A stretch of DNA of 64,000 nucleotides from an uncultured Flavobacteriaceae bacterium (GCA_905181615.1 CAJIYH010000001.1:86082-150081); one strand, 5' to 3'; shown: positions 33,300 to 43,490, numbered from the stretch's first letter. Notes: generated from the sequence alone by a model not told the origin. Numbers and translations: made by a program.

Positions 33300-34661
33300 T
33301 TATGCAAATAAAAGTGCAACAACTTCTTCAATTTTAGTTAAAGCTAAAGCGTTTATTCCTTCTACAAGGACTACGTTTTTAGCTCCTTTAGAATTCACGA
33401 TTGTTTCAAAGCCTAACTTTTCAGCCTCTGCAATTCTTTGATCCAGTTTAGGAACGGGTCTTAGCTCTCCAGAAAGTCCTATTTCTGACGCAAAACACAT
33501 TTCCTTTGGAAGAGCAATGTCATGATAACTGGAAAGAATTGCCGACACTACAGCCAAATCTATTGCAGGATCTTCGCTGCTAATTCCGCCAGTAATATTT
33601 AAAAAAACATCTTTGCTTCCTAATTGAAATCCAGCTCTCTTTTCGAGTACCGCAAGAAGCATATTCAGACGTTTTGCGTTAAATCCAGTTGTGCTTCTTT
33701 GAGGAGTTCCATATACGGCAGTACTAACTAGGGCTTGCACCTCTATCATTAAAGGACGAACTCCTTCCATAGTAGCTGCAATAGCATGGCCGCTCATTTC
33801 ACGATCGGTTTGTGAAATTAGCAGCTCACTGGGGTTAGTTACAACCCGAAGACCTGAGGATAACATTTCATAGATTCCTATTTCTGCTGTTGAACCGAAA
33901 CGATTTTTTTGAGCTCGGACGATTCTATAAACATGATTTCGGTCTCCTTCAAAATGAAGAACAGTATCAACCATATGCTCTAAAACTTTAGGTCCAGCAA
34001 TTGCCCCATCTTTTGTAATATGTCCCACTAAAAGCACGGGTGTATTTGTTTTTTTGGCAAACTGGATGAGCTCCGAAGTACATTCTTTGATTTGGGAAAC
34101 ACTCCCAGGGCTACTGTCTATGTATTGTGTTTGAAGGGTTTGAATGGAATCAACAATAACAATGTTGGGTTCTAGCAATTCAATTTGCTTAAAAACCTTT
34201 TGAGTTTGAGTCTCACTCAGAACATAGCAGTTTTCGTTTTTTGAATCAATTCTTTCCGCTCTCAATTTTATTTGTTTCTGACTTTCTTCTCCAGACACAT
34301 AAAGTACTTTACCTCCAATTTGAAGAGAAATTTGAAGTAGTAAGGTAGATTTTCCAATTCCAGGCTCACCCCCCAAAAGAGTAACTGATCCGGGTACAAG
34401 ACCTCCGCCCAGAACCCGATCTAATTCAGAATCGTTGGTAGAAATTCTAGCTTCTTTGTCGGTTTCAATTTCTTGAATCCGTACTGGAGCTGCCGTTTTA
34501 ATTTTCAGTGTTTTAGGTTCAACCCACCCCTTTTCTTTGGGTTTTTCTAGAACCTCTTCGACTAGGGAATTCCATTCTTTGCAACCGTTGCATTGACCTT
34601 GCCATTTGGAATGAGGAGTTCCGCATTTTTGACAAAAGAAAGTAGTTTTTACTTTACTCAT
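33300..34661 (-). CDS. radA: DNA repair protein RadA/Sms
   Basis: N-terminal CxxC zinc finger, Walker A GEPGIGKST, the KNRFG motif and a Lon-like C-terminal domain. Confidence 0.95.
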   Translation of the reverse strand: MSKVKTTFFCQKCGTPHSKWQGQCNGCKEWNSLVEEVLEKPKEKGWVEPKTLKIKTAAPVRIQEIETDKEARISTNDSELDRVLGGGLVPGSVTLLGGEPGIGKSTLLLQISLQIGGKVLYVSGEESQKQIKLRAERIDSKNENCYVLSETQTQKVFKQIELLEPNIVIVDSIQTLQTQYIDSSPGSVSQIKECTSELIQFAKKTNTPVLLVGHITKDGAIAGPKVLEHMVDTVLHFEGDRNHVYRIVRAQKNRFGSTAEIGIYEMLSSGLRVVTNPSELLISQTDREMSGHAIAATMEGVRPLMIEVQALVSTAVYGTPQRSTTGFNAKRLNMLLAVLEKRAGFQLGSKDVFLNITGGISSEDPAIDLAVVSAILSSYHDIALPKEMCFASEIGLSGELRPVPKLDQRIAEAEKLGFETIVNSKGAKNVVLVEGINALALTKIEEVVALLFA

Positions 34662-34669
34662 GGAGCTTT

Positions 34670-35803
34670 TTATTTTAGAGACTCTATTTTGTTTAGAATC
34701 ATTTCTTTAGTAATAAAATCTATAGGCTCGGATGAATAGGCACGCTCATAGCTTTTAAGTGCTTTTTTATAGTTTTCTGTTATTTCATATCCGATACCGT
34801 TAAAGTAGTGACCCATCATCGTTTCAGGATATTGATCCATGCACAACTCACCTAAAACAAAAATAGACTCTGCATCAGATTTTTTTTGAGCAGCAGCAAA
34901 AACCGCCATAATATCGTTTAGGATATATGTTTTTTGAAAGCCTAATTGGCGTGAAATTTTTTCATATTTATCAACCATGTAGCTGTGAGCAATTACTGTA
35001 TCGGATAACATTTGCTCCCTGTATTCCTTAGGGCTAATCGGCTGATAAATTCTAAAAACAGTTTCTAGGGCTATTGGAATAGAATAAGCTGGAGATGAGA
35101 ATTCGTCTGGAAAAGAAAACAAGTCGTAGGTAATATTTAATTTATCATTCATTATGTTTTTGAGTTCATTACCTAAAAAAGTTATTTTGTTTTGCTGCCT
35201 TTCAGGTAGATTTTCTGAGTTAAACAAGTAGTAACTAGCTTGCTTAGAAGTACTCGAAGCTTTTTCTAAAAGGGGGTCAATAATTTGAGCAGGAAGATCG
35301 GGGGTAATGGCAATGTAGGAAGAAAACAGATTGGAACCATCTAGTAAAAAATAGTTGAGGAAGTTTGCACCCTTGTTTTTCCCAATAATTACCTTAAGAT
35401 TTGATAAAGGATATTGAGTAGCAAGTCGTTTAACAACATCAGAACGAACAAATTGTTTAAAATCAAGACTTCTAGAAGTTAACTGACCTGAGTTTTTGTC
35501 AATTTCGAAATCTCGAGACATTTGATAAGGCTCTTCCTGACGAATACCAACAACAATTGCCTTGGGCATGTACCCTATTTTCGAAAAGAATTTCACATTA
35601 GTCACTACAAGATCAAACAATTCGTGCCCCTCAAAAACAACAATCAAAGGCAAAGGGTCAACAGCGCCCTCCTTCATTTCTGGAACATACAAATCGATTG
35701 TTCTAGATTTTCCCAAAACCGATGAAGCAATAGTTTCTGAAGTTATTTGCGCGGAAAGTGTTAAGCTCAATAAAAAAGTGAGTAAAAACAAAGAACGGAT
35801 CAT
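34670..35803 (-). CDS. Putative esterase-family alpha/beta hydrolase with TPR-like C-terminus
   Basis: Signal peptide and a 'putative esterase'-like N-terminal half. The family call is from memory. Confidence 0.5.
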   Translation of the reverse strand: MIRSLFLLTFLLSLTLSAQITSETIASSVLGKSRTIDLYVPEMKEGAVDPLPLIVVFEGHELFDLVVTNVKFFSKIGYMPKAIVVGIRQEEPYQMSRDFEIDKNSGQLTSRSLDFKQFVRSDVVKRLATQYPLSNLKVIIGKNKGANFLNYFLLDGSNLFSSYIAITPDLPAQIIDPLLEKASSTSKQASYYLFNSENLPERQQNKITFLGNELKNIMNDKLNITYDLFSFPDEFSSPAYSIPIALETVFRIYQPISPKEYREQMLSDTVIAHSYMVDKYEKISRQLGFQKTYILNDIMAVFAAAQKKSDAESIFVLGELCMDQYPETMMGHYFNGIGYEITENYKKALKSYERAYSSEPIDFITKEMILNKIESLK

Positions 35804-35835
35804 AAAATTAATATTATAGTATAAGGGAAAGGTAC

Positions 35836-36801
35836 TTACTTTTTTCGATTTATTAGCGGTAATGCAAAAAAGGAAAGGCTACCAAATAGTATAACCATAA
35901 TTGTTTGAGCCGACCACATAATCCATCCAAAAGCCAAGCTAGATTCGTTTGAAATGTCATAAGTAATCAAAACCAAAGAAACAGAATATGGATAGATTCC
36001 TACACCTCCATTGGTAGCAGAAATAGTGATAGCGCCAACTAAAAACCCGATTAATAGAGCTTCAAAAGGAAGATCTACTGTTTCTGGTAAAGCAAATTTA
36101 ATACAGTAAAACATTAAAATATAAAGCCCCCAAATCAAAAATGTATGGAAAATATATGCGCCTTTTTTTGGCATTTTAACCAAAGTCATCACACCTTCTT
36201 TAAGGCCCTTTAGAAGTTCCGTGATTTTTAACGCAAAAGCAGAATTAGACTTTTTAAGTTGGTTAATTAAAACCCAAAAAACCAATCCACCTAAAGCCAG
36301 AGTAATTACTAAGAGTGTAGGATTGAAAGATTGTTTTTTGAAAAAACCAAGAATAAATTCAAATTGAAGTATTAAGGCAATCCCGATGACTAGAACTAAC
36401 ATTATTAAGTCAACTATACGTTCTGCTATAATGGTTCCAAAGCTTTTTTCAAAAGGAATGTCTTCGTAAGTTTTCATTACGGTAGCCCTAAAAAACTCCC
36501 CAGATCTTGGCACACCTAAATTGGCAATATAGGTAATGAAAATTGCTAAAATATTATTAATTAACCGGGGCTCATATCCCATGGAATTTAACATAAAATT
36601 CCAACGATAGGCTCTTGACAAGTGGCTTATTAAACCCAATGCTAAAGAGAATAAAACAAAGCGGTAATCTGCACTTTTTATTGCTTCATATATGGTTGCT
36701 CGATCTTCTAAGGTAGTGTCTTTAACAGATAAATAAATGAAAACAAACCCAATCATTAAAGGGAAAATTATTTTCAAAAATTGAGTTATTTTATTCCCCA
36801 C
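35836..36801 (-). CDS. UPF0104 / lysylphosphatidylglycerol-synthase-TM-domain (flippase-like) membrane protein
   Basis: 321-aa polytopic membrane protein next to panD. Confidence 0.65.
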   Translation of the reverse strand: MGNKITQFLKIIFPLMIGFVFIYLSVKDTTLEDRATIYEAIKSADYRFVLFSLALGLISHLSRAYRWNFMLNSMGYEPRLINNILAIFITYIANLGVPRSGEFFRATVMKTYEDIPFEKSFGTIIAERIVDLIMLVLVIGIALILQFEFILGFFKKQSFNPTLLVITLALGGLVFWVLINQLKKSNSAFALKITELLKGLKEGVMTLVKMPKKGAYIFHTFLIWGLYILMFYCIKFALPETVDLPFEALLIGFLVGAITISATNGGVGIYPYSVSLVLITYDISNESSLAFGWIMWSAQTIMVILFGSLSFFALPLINRKK

Positions 36802-36806
36802 GAAGC

Positions 36807-37157
36807 TTATTGCAATAAATTAGTTTTTTCGTTTGGAAACAAAATTATAGGCTTGTATTCACGAGCCTTTTCAAAGGGAACAGAACAATAACTGATGATA
36901 ATAAGCACATCTCCTTTTTGAACCTTTCTGGCCGCAGGACCATTAAGAGTTATTTCACCAGAATTTTTTTCTCCTTCAATGACATAAGTTTCTAAGCGTT
37001 CACCGTTATTGATGTTTACAATTTGTACTTTTTCACCAGGCACAAGGTTTGCAGCTTCAATTAAGGCACTATCAATGGTAATGCTGCCAATATAATTAAG
37101 ATCAGCACCTGTAACTGTTACTCGGTGAATCTTAGATTTTAAAATTTCTATTTGCAT
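36807..37157 (-). CDS. panD: Aspartate 1-decarboxylase
   Basis: [16 protein letters not shown]...YIGSITID includes the Gly-Ser self-processing site; 116 aa. Confidence 0.95.
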   Translation of the reverse strand: MQIEILKSKIHRVTVTGADLNYIGSITIDSALIEAANLVPGEKVQIVNINNGERLETYVIEGEKNSGEITLNGPAARKVQKGDVLIIISYCSVPFEKAREYKPIILFPNEKTNLLQ

Positions 37158-37169
37158 CCTGCAAAGGTA

Positions 37170-38006
37170 TTAAAATTTAATGTTGTCAATTAAACGAATA
37201 CCGCCTAATTTTAGGGCAATAAATGCTCTTGTCTGAACACCGTTTAAATCACTAATTTTTTGCAAGGATTTTTCGTCAGCAATCATAAAATATTCTAATT
37301 CTATTTCCGGCTGATGCTTAAAGAAATCTAAAATCCAGAATTCAATTTGTTCTGGACTACTCTTGCCTTTTAAAGCAACTACCTTTTGAAGGGTTTCGAA
37401 AATTATAGGAGCTATTGCTCTTTGAGTTGAATTTAAATGCTCATTTCTAGAGCTCATTGCAAGACCATCATCGTGCCTTACTATTGGACAGGGAACAACT
37501 GTAACCGGAATTTTTTCATTTGCTACCAATGCCGATATGATTTGTAATTGTTGGAAGTCTTTTTCGCCAAAATAAGCTTTCGAAGGCTTGAAAACTTCAA
37601 ATAAAAGCTGAACAATAGTAGCAACTCCTTGAAAATGTCCTTTTCTGTGAGCACCCTCCATAGTAGCTTCAAGGAGACCAAAATCATAGCCTTTGGACTC
37701 AACTTGTTTTCCATATAAGTCTGACGTCTCAGGTGCATACACCCAAATATTGTCTCCTAAAGTTTCGAGTTTTAGTAAATCAGAATCGAGTGTTTTGGGA
37801 TAATTTTTTAAATCATTAGAATTATCAAATTGCGTTGGGTTTACATAAATAGATACAATCACAATGTCGTTCTCAGATAAGGCCTTCTTTACTAGGGTTA
37901 AATGCCCTTCATGAAGCGCCCCCATTGTAGGAACTAACCCAACAGCTTTAGTATTGTTATTGTTTTTAAAGGCATTTAGCTCTTTAGAATGGTAAAAAAC
38001 CTTCAT
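37170..38006 (-). CDS. panC: Pantoate--beta-alanine ligase
   Basis: VPTMGALHEGH motif; 278 aa. Confidence 0.95.
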   Translation of the reverse strand: MKVFYHSKELNAFKNNNNTKAVGLVPTMGALHEGHLTLVKKALSENDIVIVSIYVNPTQFDNSNDLKNYPKTLDSDLLKLETLGDNIWVYAPETSDLYGKQVESKGYDFGLLEATMEGAHRKGHFQGVATIVQLLFEVFKPSKAYFGEKDFQQLQIISALVANEKIPVTVVPCPIVRHDDGLAMSSRNEHLNSTQRAIAPIIFETLQKVVALKGKSSPEQIEFWILDFFKHQPEIELEYFMIADEKSLQKISDLNGVQTRAFIALKLGGIRLIDNIKF

Positions 38007-38110
38007 TTTTAGAAAAAATTAACAGCCTAAAAGTACTGTTTTTTCTGATGAACGGAAGAATTTTCGTAATTTTGCTAAACTTTCTATTTAAGGAAGCTAA
38101 ATCCGTTTTT

Positions 38111-38914
38111 ATGCAAAACAAGAGAGTATTAATAATATCATCGGAGGTAACCCCCTATTTACCTCAAACAGATCAGGCTATTAATTCATTTCAAATTCCA
38201 AAAGCAATTAATGATGCTGGAGGACAAATACGAATTTTTATGCCGCGTTATGGAATGATTAATGAAAGAAGGCATCAGTTGCATGAAGTTATTCGTTTGT
38301 CAGGAATGAACATGGTTGTCAATGATATGGATATGCCTTTAATCATAAAAGTTGCTTCTATTCCTAAAGAAAGAATGCAGGTTTACTTCATTGACAATGA
38401 AGAATATTTCAAAAGAAAAGCGATGCTTAAGGATGAGAACAATGTCTTGTTCCCTGACAATGACGAGCGTATGATTTTTTTCACAAAGGGAGTTATTGAA
38501 ACCGTTAAAAAGCTGAATTGGTCTCCGGACATCATTCATCTTCACGGTTGGTTTGCCTCCTTATTTCCATTATATCTAAAAACATATTTTTCTGAAGACC
38601 CTATTTTTGAGTTAAGTAAAATTGTAACTTCAGTATATCCAAATGATTTTGAAGGTGAACTCTCACCAGCATTAGAAAATAAAGTTGCTTTTGATGTTGA
38701 GGATGAATCGGCAAGAGGCCCTTTAAAAGAATCTACCTTCGAGAATTTAATGAATTTAGCCATTAACTTTTCGGATGGGGTAGTGCTTTCCGGAGAAAAT
38801 ATTGCGGAAAGTATTTTATCGAATATAGATTCTAAAAAGATTCCCACATTAACATTCGAAGAAAGTGCAAAAGATAACGCTTATGTAGATTTTTTCAATA
38901 ACCAAATTATTTAA
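38111..38914 (+). CDS. Glycogen/starch-synthase-like protein (N-terminal GT5 half only)
   Basis: MQNKRVLIISSEVTPYLP matches a starch synthase catalytic N-domain start. The protein ends after about 267 aa without a C-terminal Rossmann half. ATG at 38111. Confidence 0.7.
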   Translation: MQNKRVLIISSEVTPYLPQTDQAINSFQIPKAINDAGGQIRIFMPRYGMINERRHQLHEVIRLSGMNMVVNDMDMPLIIKVASIPKERMQVYFIDNEEYFKRKAMLKDENNVLFPDNDERMIFFTKGVIETVKKLNWSPDIIHLHGWFASLFPLYLKTYFSEDPIFELSKIVTSVYPNDFEGELSPALENKVAFDVEDESARGPLKESTFENLMNLAINFSDGVVLSGENIAESILSNIDSKKIPTLTFEESAKDNAYVDFFNNQII

Positions 38915-38920
38915 TACCCT

Positions 38921-40765
38921 ATGAACCTTAAGGTGTCTTTTCGAAAGAATAGTTTATTCTTTCTCTTAATTACTCTCGTTTTATTTTCTTGTAACGAAGA
39001 TTTTAATACTGTAGGATATGACCTGATCTCATCCAGTGCATTTGAAACAGAGCGTATAGATTTACCGGTATTTTCTTATCAAAAAGAAATCCTCTCAGAC
39101 GTTCAGTCAGATGGTTTAAATCTTCAGCAATTAGGGTCAATTGATGTGCCAAATGTTGGTCAATCATCCGCATATATTATTTCTCAGCTAAGTCTAGCTC
39201 CAAAATCTTTTTTCGGCCTGTACAGCCCTGAAGATGAGATGGGAGTAGAAGATAATATCTACGCAATCCCAGAGAACGAACAAGTCGTTTCGGTTTATTT
39301 AGAAATCCCTTTTATGAATAATACAAGAGATCAAGATGGAGACGGTGTTATAGATAGTCTTGATTCAGATCCAGAGAATCCCGAAAGCGACTCCGACGGA
39401 GATTCAATAATAGATGCTTTAGAAACGCAGAACGGGACAGACCCCTTGAACACAGATAGTGATGGAGATGGAATTCTAGATGCAGAAGACACGGATAATT
39501 CTGGCTACGAAGTCGGAAATAGAACATATGATGTAGACTCTATTTTTGGAAACAGAAATGCAAGTTTTAATTTAAAAGTAGACGAATTAACATACTACAT
39601 AAACGAATTTGATTCTAGTGATAACTTTGAATCTCCTCAAGCGTATTATTCTTCTAGAGATCTTTATGAAGAAGGTTATGTTGGCGAAAACTTATATGAC
39701 GAAACCTATCAATTAAATTTTGAAGAACTAAGATTCAATTATACTCAAGATGATCCAGAAACAGAAGATGTAGATGAGACTACATTAATTCAAACTCGAA
39801 GAACCCCTCGAATACGAGTTCCTTTGAATGCCGATTTTTTTCAAAGACGCTTATTAGATATTGAAGGCTCTGATTCTTTAAAAACAACAACAGAATTCCA
39901 AAAATATATGAGAGGGATTTTTGTGCGTATGGAAAACCCATCGGATGATATATATATGCTGCTCAATTTTAATGCAGCCAGTATTATTGTTGGTTATGAA
40001 TATGACCGATATAATGATAATGGAACTCCTGATGACACTTCTGACTTTACTATAGACCGAAACGAAAGTTCTTTTGTTATAACGCCTTTTAAAACTATAA
40101 ATCACTTAGAAAATGCGCTTATCAATCCGGAAATCAATGAAATTATAGCACAAACTTCTGGGTCGAGTAAAATATTTTTAAAAGGGGGAGTAGGATTACT
40201 CTCTAACATCGAGTTATTAGGGAATTTTTCTGATGGATCTGCAGACTCTAAACTTGAGGAACTTCGAGCCAACAGTTGGTTAGTGAATGAAGCAAATCTG
40301 ATTTTTTATGTAGATTCTAACTCTGTCGAAAACTGGACATCTGACGCTTTAATTGCGGAACGGCTATATTTATACAAGCAAAAAGACGCCTCTCCTTTAT
40401 TAGATTATTTTACAGACGAAACCCTTGATGCCACTAAGAATAATGCTGATAAATTCATTCACGGAGGGATTTTAGAATACCAAGACGGAAGACCCTATCG
40501 TTATAAGTTTAGAATTACCCAGCACATCAACAACCTCATTCGAAAAGATTCGGCAAACGTTGTTTTAGGTTTAGTGGTTTCTGCGGACATCACTAATATT
40601 TTAACAAAAAAAGCATTCTTGAGTGGAAGTTCTGAAGAGTTTTTATACCCTGCGGCATCGATCTTAAATCCTTTAAGTACCGTTTTAATTGGCTCACACC
40701 CAGACGAAGAATTCGAAAGCCTTAGACTGAAATTAGAATTAATTTACACGGACTTTTCAAACTAA
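38921..40765 (+). CDS. DUF4270-like lipoprotein with Asp-rich Ca-binding-like insert
   Basis: Lipobox LFSC. The position after the glgA-like gene is the conserved Bacteroidota context as recalled. DxDxDG-type repeats lie at 39329-39505. Confidence 0.65.
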   Translation: MNLKVSFRKNSLFFLLITLVLFSCNEDFNTVGYDLISSSAFETERIDLPVFSYQKEILSDVQSDGLNLQQLGSIDVPNVGQSSAYIISQLSLAPKSFFGLYSPEDEMGVEDNIYAIPENEQVVSVYLEIPFMNNTRDQDGDGVIDSLDSDPENPESDSDGDSIIDALETQNGTDPLNTDSDGDGILDAEDTDNSGYEVGNRTYDVDSIFGNRNASFNLKVDELTYYINEFDSSDNFESPQAYYSSRDLYEEGYVGENLYDETYQLNFEELRFNYTQDDPETEDVDETTLIQTRRTPRIRVPLNADFFQRRLLDIEGSDSLKTTTEFQKYMRGIFVRMENPSDDIYMLLNFNAASIIVGYEYDRYNDNGTPDDTSDFTIDRNESSFVITPFKTINHLENALINPEINEIIAQTSGSSKIFLKGGVGLLSNIELLGNFSDGSADSKLEELRANSWLVNEANLIFYVDSNSVENWTSDALIAERLYLYKQKDASPLLDYFTDETLDATKNNADKFIHGGILEYQDGRPYRYKFRITQHINNLIRKDSANVVLGLVVSADITNILTKKAFLSGSSEEFLYPAASILNPLSTVLIGSHPDEEFESLRLKLELIYTDFSN

Positions 40766-40774
40766 CTATTTTTT

Positions 40775-42622
40775 ATGTGTGGAATAGTAGCTTATATTGG
40801 TCAACAACAGGCATCTCCTATTATAATAAAGGGGCTTAAAAGACTGGAATATCGTGGTTATGATAGTACAGGAATCTCTCTTTTTGACGGAATTGAACTT
40901 CATACAGTAAAAACAAAAGGAAAGGTAAGTGACCTAGAGTCAAAACTTGAGACTCAAAACTCAATCAGTGCACAAATAGGAATCGGACATACCCGTTGGG
41001 CAACTCACGGCATTCCGAATGACTTAAATGCACATCCCCAAGCATCTAATTCAAGCAACTTAGTACTAGTTCATAACGGAATTATTGAAAACTATGCTTC
41101 AATAAAAGAAGAACTAATTCAACGAGGATATACATTCAGCTCGGACACAGACACAGAAGTTCTGGTAAACCTTATTGAAGATGTTCAAAAGAAAGAAAAG
41201 GTAAAACTTGGAAAAGCTGTGCAGATTGCCTTAACTCAAGTAATCGGAGCCTATGCCATAGTAGTTTTTGACCGCAGGAAGCCAAATGAGCTTATAGCTG
41301 CAAGGTTGGGGAGTCCATTGGCTATAGGAATAGGAAAGGAAGAATTTTTTGTTGCTTCTGATGCTACCCCCTTTATAGAGTACACAAAAAATGTAATTTA
41401 TCTGGAAGAAGAGCACTTAGCTATTATTCGTTGTGACCGTGATATTACCATTCGAAAAATAAATAACGACAAAGTTATTAAGCCTTATGTAGAAGAGCTT
41501 CAAATGAGCTTAGAAAACATCCAAAAAGGCGGATATGACCACTTTATGCTTAAAGAGATATTCGAACAGCCACAAGCCATTCAAGACACACTTAGAGGCC
41601 GATTACTTTCAAACGAAGGAAAAATCACTCTTTCGAGTTTGCATGAGCATGAAAATAAATTTTTAAAAGCAAGACGTATCCTAATTGTTGCCTGTGGTAC
41701 ATCATGGCATGCAGGTTTAGTTGCCGAATATTTACTTGAAAAATTCACCAGAATCCCCGTTGAGGTTGAATATGCTTCCGAATTTAGATACCGTGATCCA
41801 ATTATTTTTCAGGACGACATTATTATAGCAATTTCTCAGTCTGGAGAAACTGCAGATACTCTTGCGGCTATTAAAATAGCTAAAGAGCTTGGTGCATTTG
41901 TATTTGGAGTTTGTAATGTAGTAGGGTCTTCTATTTCACGAATGACAGATACCGGATGTTATACGCATGCCGGACCAGAAATTGGAGTTGCTTCTACAAA
42001 AGCATTTACAACTCAAATAACGGTTCTGTCTCTTTTAGCATTGCACTTAGGAATGGTAAAAGGAACATTGTCACGTTCGGAATACCAAAAACATCTAGTG
42101 GAATTAGAATCAATTCCAGACAAAGTTTCCGAAATTTTAAAACAAGAGAAATTAATCAAAGAAGTAGCTTCTTCGTTTACCAAAACCAGCAACTGTATAT
42201 ATTTAGGAAGAGGATATAATTTTCCGGTAGCGCTAGAAGGTGCGTTGAAATTAAAAGAAATTTCATATATCCACGCAGAGGGATATCCGGCTGCAGAGAT
42301 GAAACATGGTCCAATTGCACTTATTGATGATCAAATGCCCGTTGTTGTAATTGCTACCAAAAAAGGGCACTATGATAAGGTTTTAAGTAATATTCAGGAA
42401 ATAAAATCGAGAAAAGGGCGCATTATCGCCGTAGTAAGTGAAGGTGATGTTAGAGTAAAAGAACTAGCCGATTATTGCATTGAAGTCCCAGAATCTTTAG
42501 AATGCTTTACACCTATTTTAACAACCATTCCACTTCAACTGTTGTCCTATTATATTGCGGTTCAAAGAGGATGTAATGTAGATCAACCTCGAAATTTAGC
42601 TAAGTCCGTTACAGTGGAGTAA
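40775..42622 (+). CDS. glmS: Glutamine--fructose-6-phosphate aminotransferase
   Basis: MCGIVAY N-terminal nucleophile, two SIS domains and a C-terminal KSVTVE. Confidence 0.97.
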   Translation: MCGIVAYIGQQQASPIIIKGLKRLEYRGYDSTGISLFDGIELHTVKTKGKVSDLESKLETQNSISAQIGIGHTRWATHGIPNDLNAHPQASNSSNLVLVHNGIIENYASIKEELIQRGYTFSSDTDTEVLVNLIEDVQKKEKVKLGKAVQIALTQVIGAYAIVVFDRRKPNELIAARLGSPLAIGIGKEEFFVASDATPFIEYTKNVIYLEEEHLAIIRCDRDITIRKINNDKVIKPYVEELQMSLENIQKGGYDHFMLKEIFEQPQAIQDTLRGRLLSNEGKITLSSLHEHENKFLKARRILIVACGTSWHAGLVAEYLLEKFTRIPVEVEYASEFRYRDPIIFQDDIIIAISQSGETADTLAAIKIAKELGAFVFGVCNVVGSSISRMTDTGCYTHAGPEIGVASTKAFTTQITVLSLLALHLGMVKGTLSRSEYQKHLVELESIPDKVSEILKQEKLIKEVASSFTKTSNCIYLGRGYNFPVALEGALKLKEISYIHAEGYPAAEMKHGPIALIDDQMPVVVIATKKGHYDKVLSNIQEIKSRKGRIIAVVSEGDVRVKELADYCIEVPESLECFTPILTTIPLQLLSYYIAVQRGCNVDQPRNLAKSVTVE

Positions 42623-42628
42623 AAGAAA

Positions 42629-42644
42629 ACGGTTATCCTTACCC
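42629..42644. repeat. Left arm of a 15/16-nt inverted repeat bracketing the glmS-proximal cassette
   Basis: ACGGTTATCCTTACCC starts 7 nt after the glmS stop. The reverse complement of 43699-43714 is ACGGTTAACCTTACCC. Confidence 0.8.
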
Positions 42645-42763
42645 CTTGCATTTAATAATAAGGTTCTCTGTTACAATAACTACAACTAAAGTTTGGAACT
42701 CAAATTATAGTGAATATCAAGAGTATTTATTCAATAGAATTTGTTAATATAAACGTCATTTTC

Positions 42764-42928
42764 TTACCCCCATTAGGTTACATAAAAATATCTAAAATAT
42801 TCAACAAAGAAGGATTAAAAACACCTCGTTGAAAAATATTTAAGAATACCCACGTTCACTCTATTTTCAAAAAAGGAAAAATTAGAGAAGAGAGAAATAA
42901 TAGAAAAGATATCGTTGAGATTTCTTAA
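42764..42928 (+). pseudogene. Possible relic of a serine recombinase (Recombinase-domain fragment)
   Basis: The frame reads LPPLGYIKISKIFNKEGLKTPR*KIFKNTHVHSIFKKGK. This aligns without gaps to the recalled motif LNEEGIPTPRGKKWSSSTIRGILTN. There is an in-frame TGA at 42830-42832, and no start codon or catalytic domain. Confidence 0.35.
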
Positions 42929-42963
42929 ATTACAATTGAGGAGTTAAAAAAACATTTTTGATT

Positions 42964-43008
42964 AAATGTAAAGTTTTTTTGTCATTATGTAAAAAATACT
43001 TTACATTT
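42964..43008. promoter_or_regulatory. Palindromic candidate operator overlapping the promoter of the membrane-protein/XRE operon
   Basis: Perfect 11-nt arms AAATGTAAAGT (42964-42974) and ACTTTACATTT (42998-43008). A third ATGTAAAAAA copy lies between them at 42987-42996. Confidence 0.5.
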
Positions 43009-43009
43009 G
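43002..43009 (+). promoter_or_regulatory. Bacteroidota-type -7 promoter box (TAnnTTTG)
   Basis: TACATTTG lies 22 nt upstream of the ATG at 43032. Confidence 0.45.
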
Positions 43010-43031
43010 TTGAAATTTAAAAAATTATAAT

Positions 43032-43490
43032 ATGAGTTATTTATTTAGTAATAAGTTTAAAAAAACAAGTGGTATGATTTTTTATTTGTCAATAGCAATC
43101 GGATTATTTTTATTGTTAACAGATAGAATACAAAATATTTTTATTGTTAACGTTTTTTCAGTTTTTTCATATGAGTGGTTTGGATCAGAAAGACCAGGTT
43201 TTGGGTGGATAGAAAATGGTTTAGGTGATGAAGTTTTCACCTTATTAATTATTATTTCAGGGTTAATAAACTCTTTTAGTAAAGAGAAAATTGAAGACGA
43301 ATTAATTTCGAAGATTAGATTAGAAAGTTTGTCCTTATCTCTATTTATAAGTTTTGGATTAATAATTGTATCTACATTTTTAGTTTTTAATATTAACTAT
43401 ATGTACGTATTAGTGTTCAACTTATTTTTAATAATTGTCTTATTTAATTTAATATTTAAATTCAGACTATTCAAACACTATAACTCATGA
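43032..43490 (+). CDS. Small polytopic membrane protein of unknown function (partner of the XRE regulator)
   Basis: 152 aa with about four hydrophobic segments and very AT-rich codons. Its stop overlaps the next start (ATGA). Confidence 0.6.
   Translation: MSYLFSNKFKKTSGMIFYLSIAIGLFLLLTDRIQNIFIVNVFSVFSYEWFGSERPGFGWIENGLGDEVFTLLIIISGLINSFSKEKIEDELISKIRLESLSLSLFISFGLIIVSTFLVFNINYMYVLVFNLFLIIVLFNLIFKFRLFKHYNS

Noticed and set aside
40766-40774. glmS ribozyme/riboswitch upstream of glmS
   Set aside because: Only 9 nt separate the DUF4270 stop from the glmS ATG, which leaves no room for the approximately 170-nt ribozyme.
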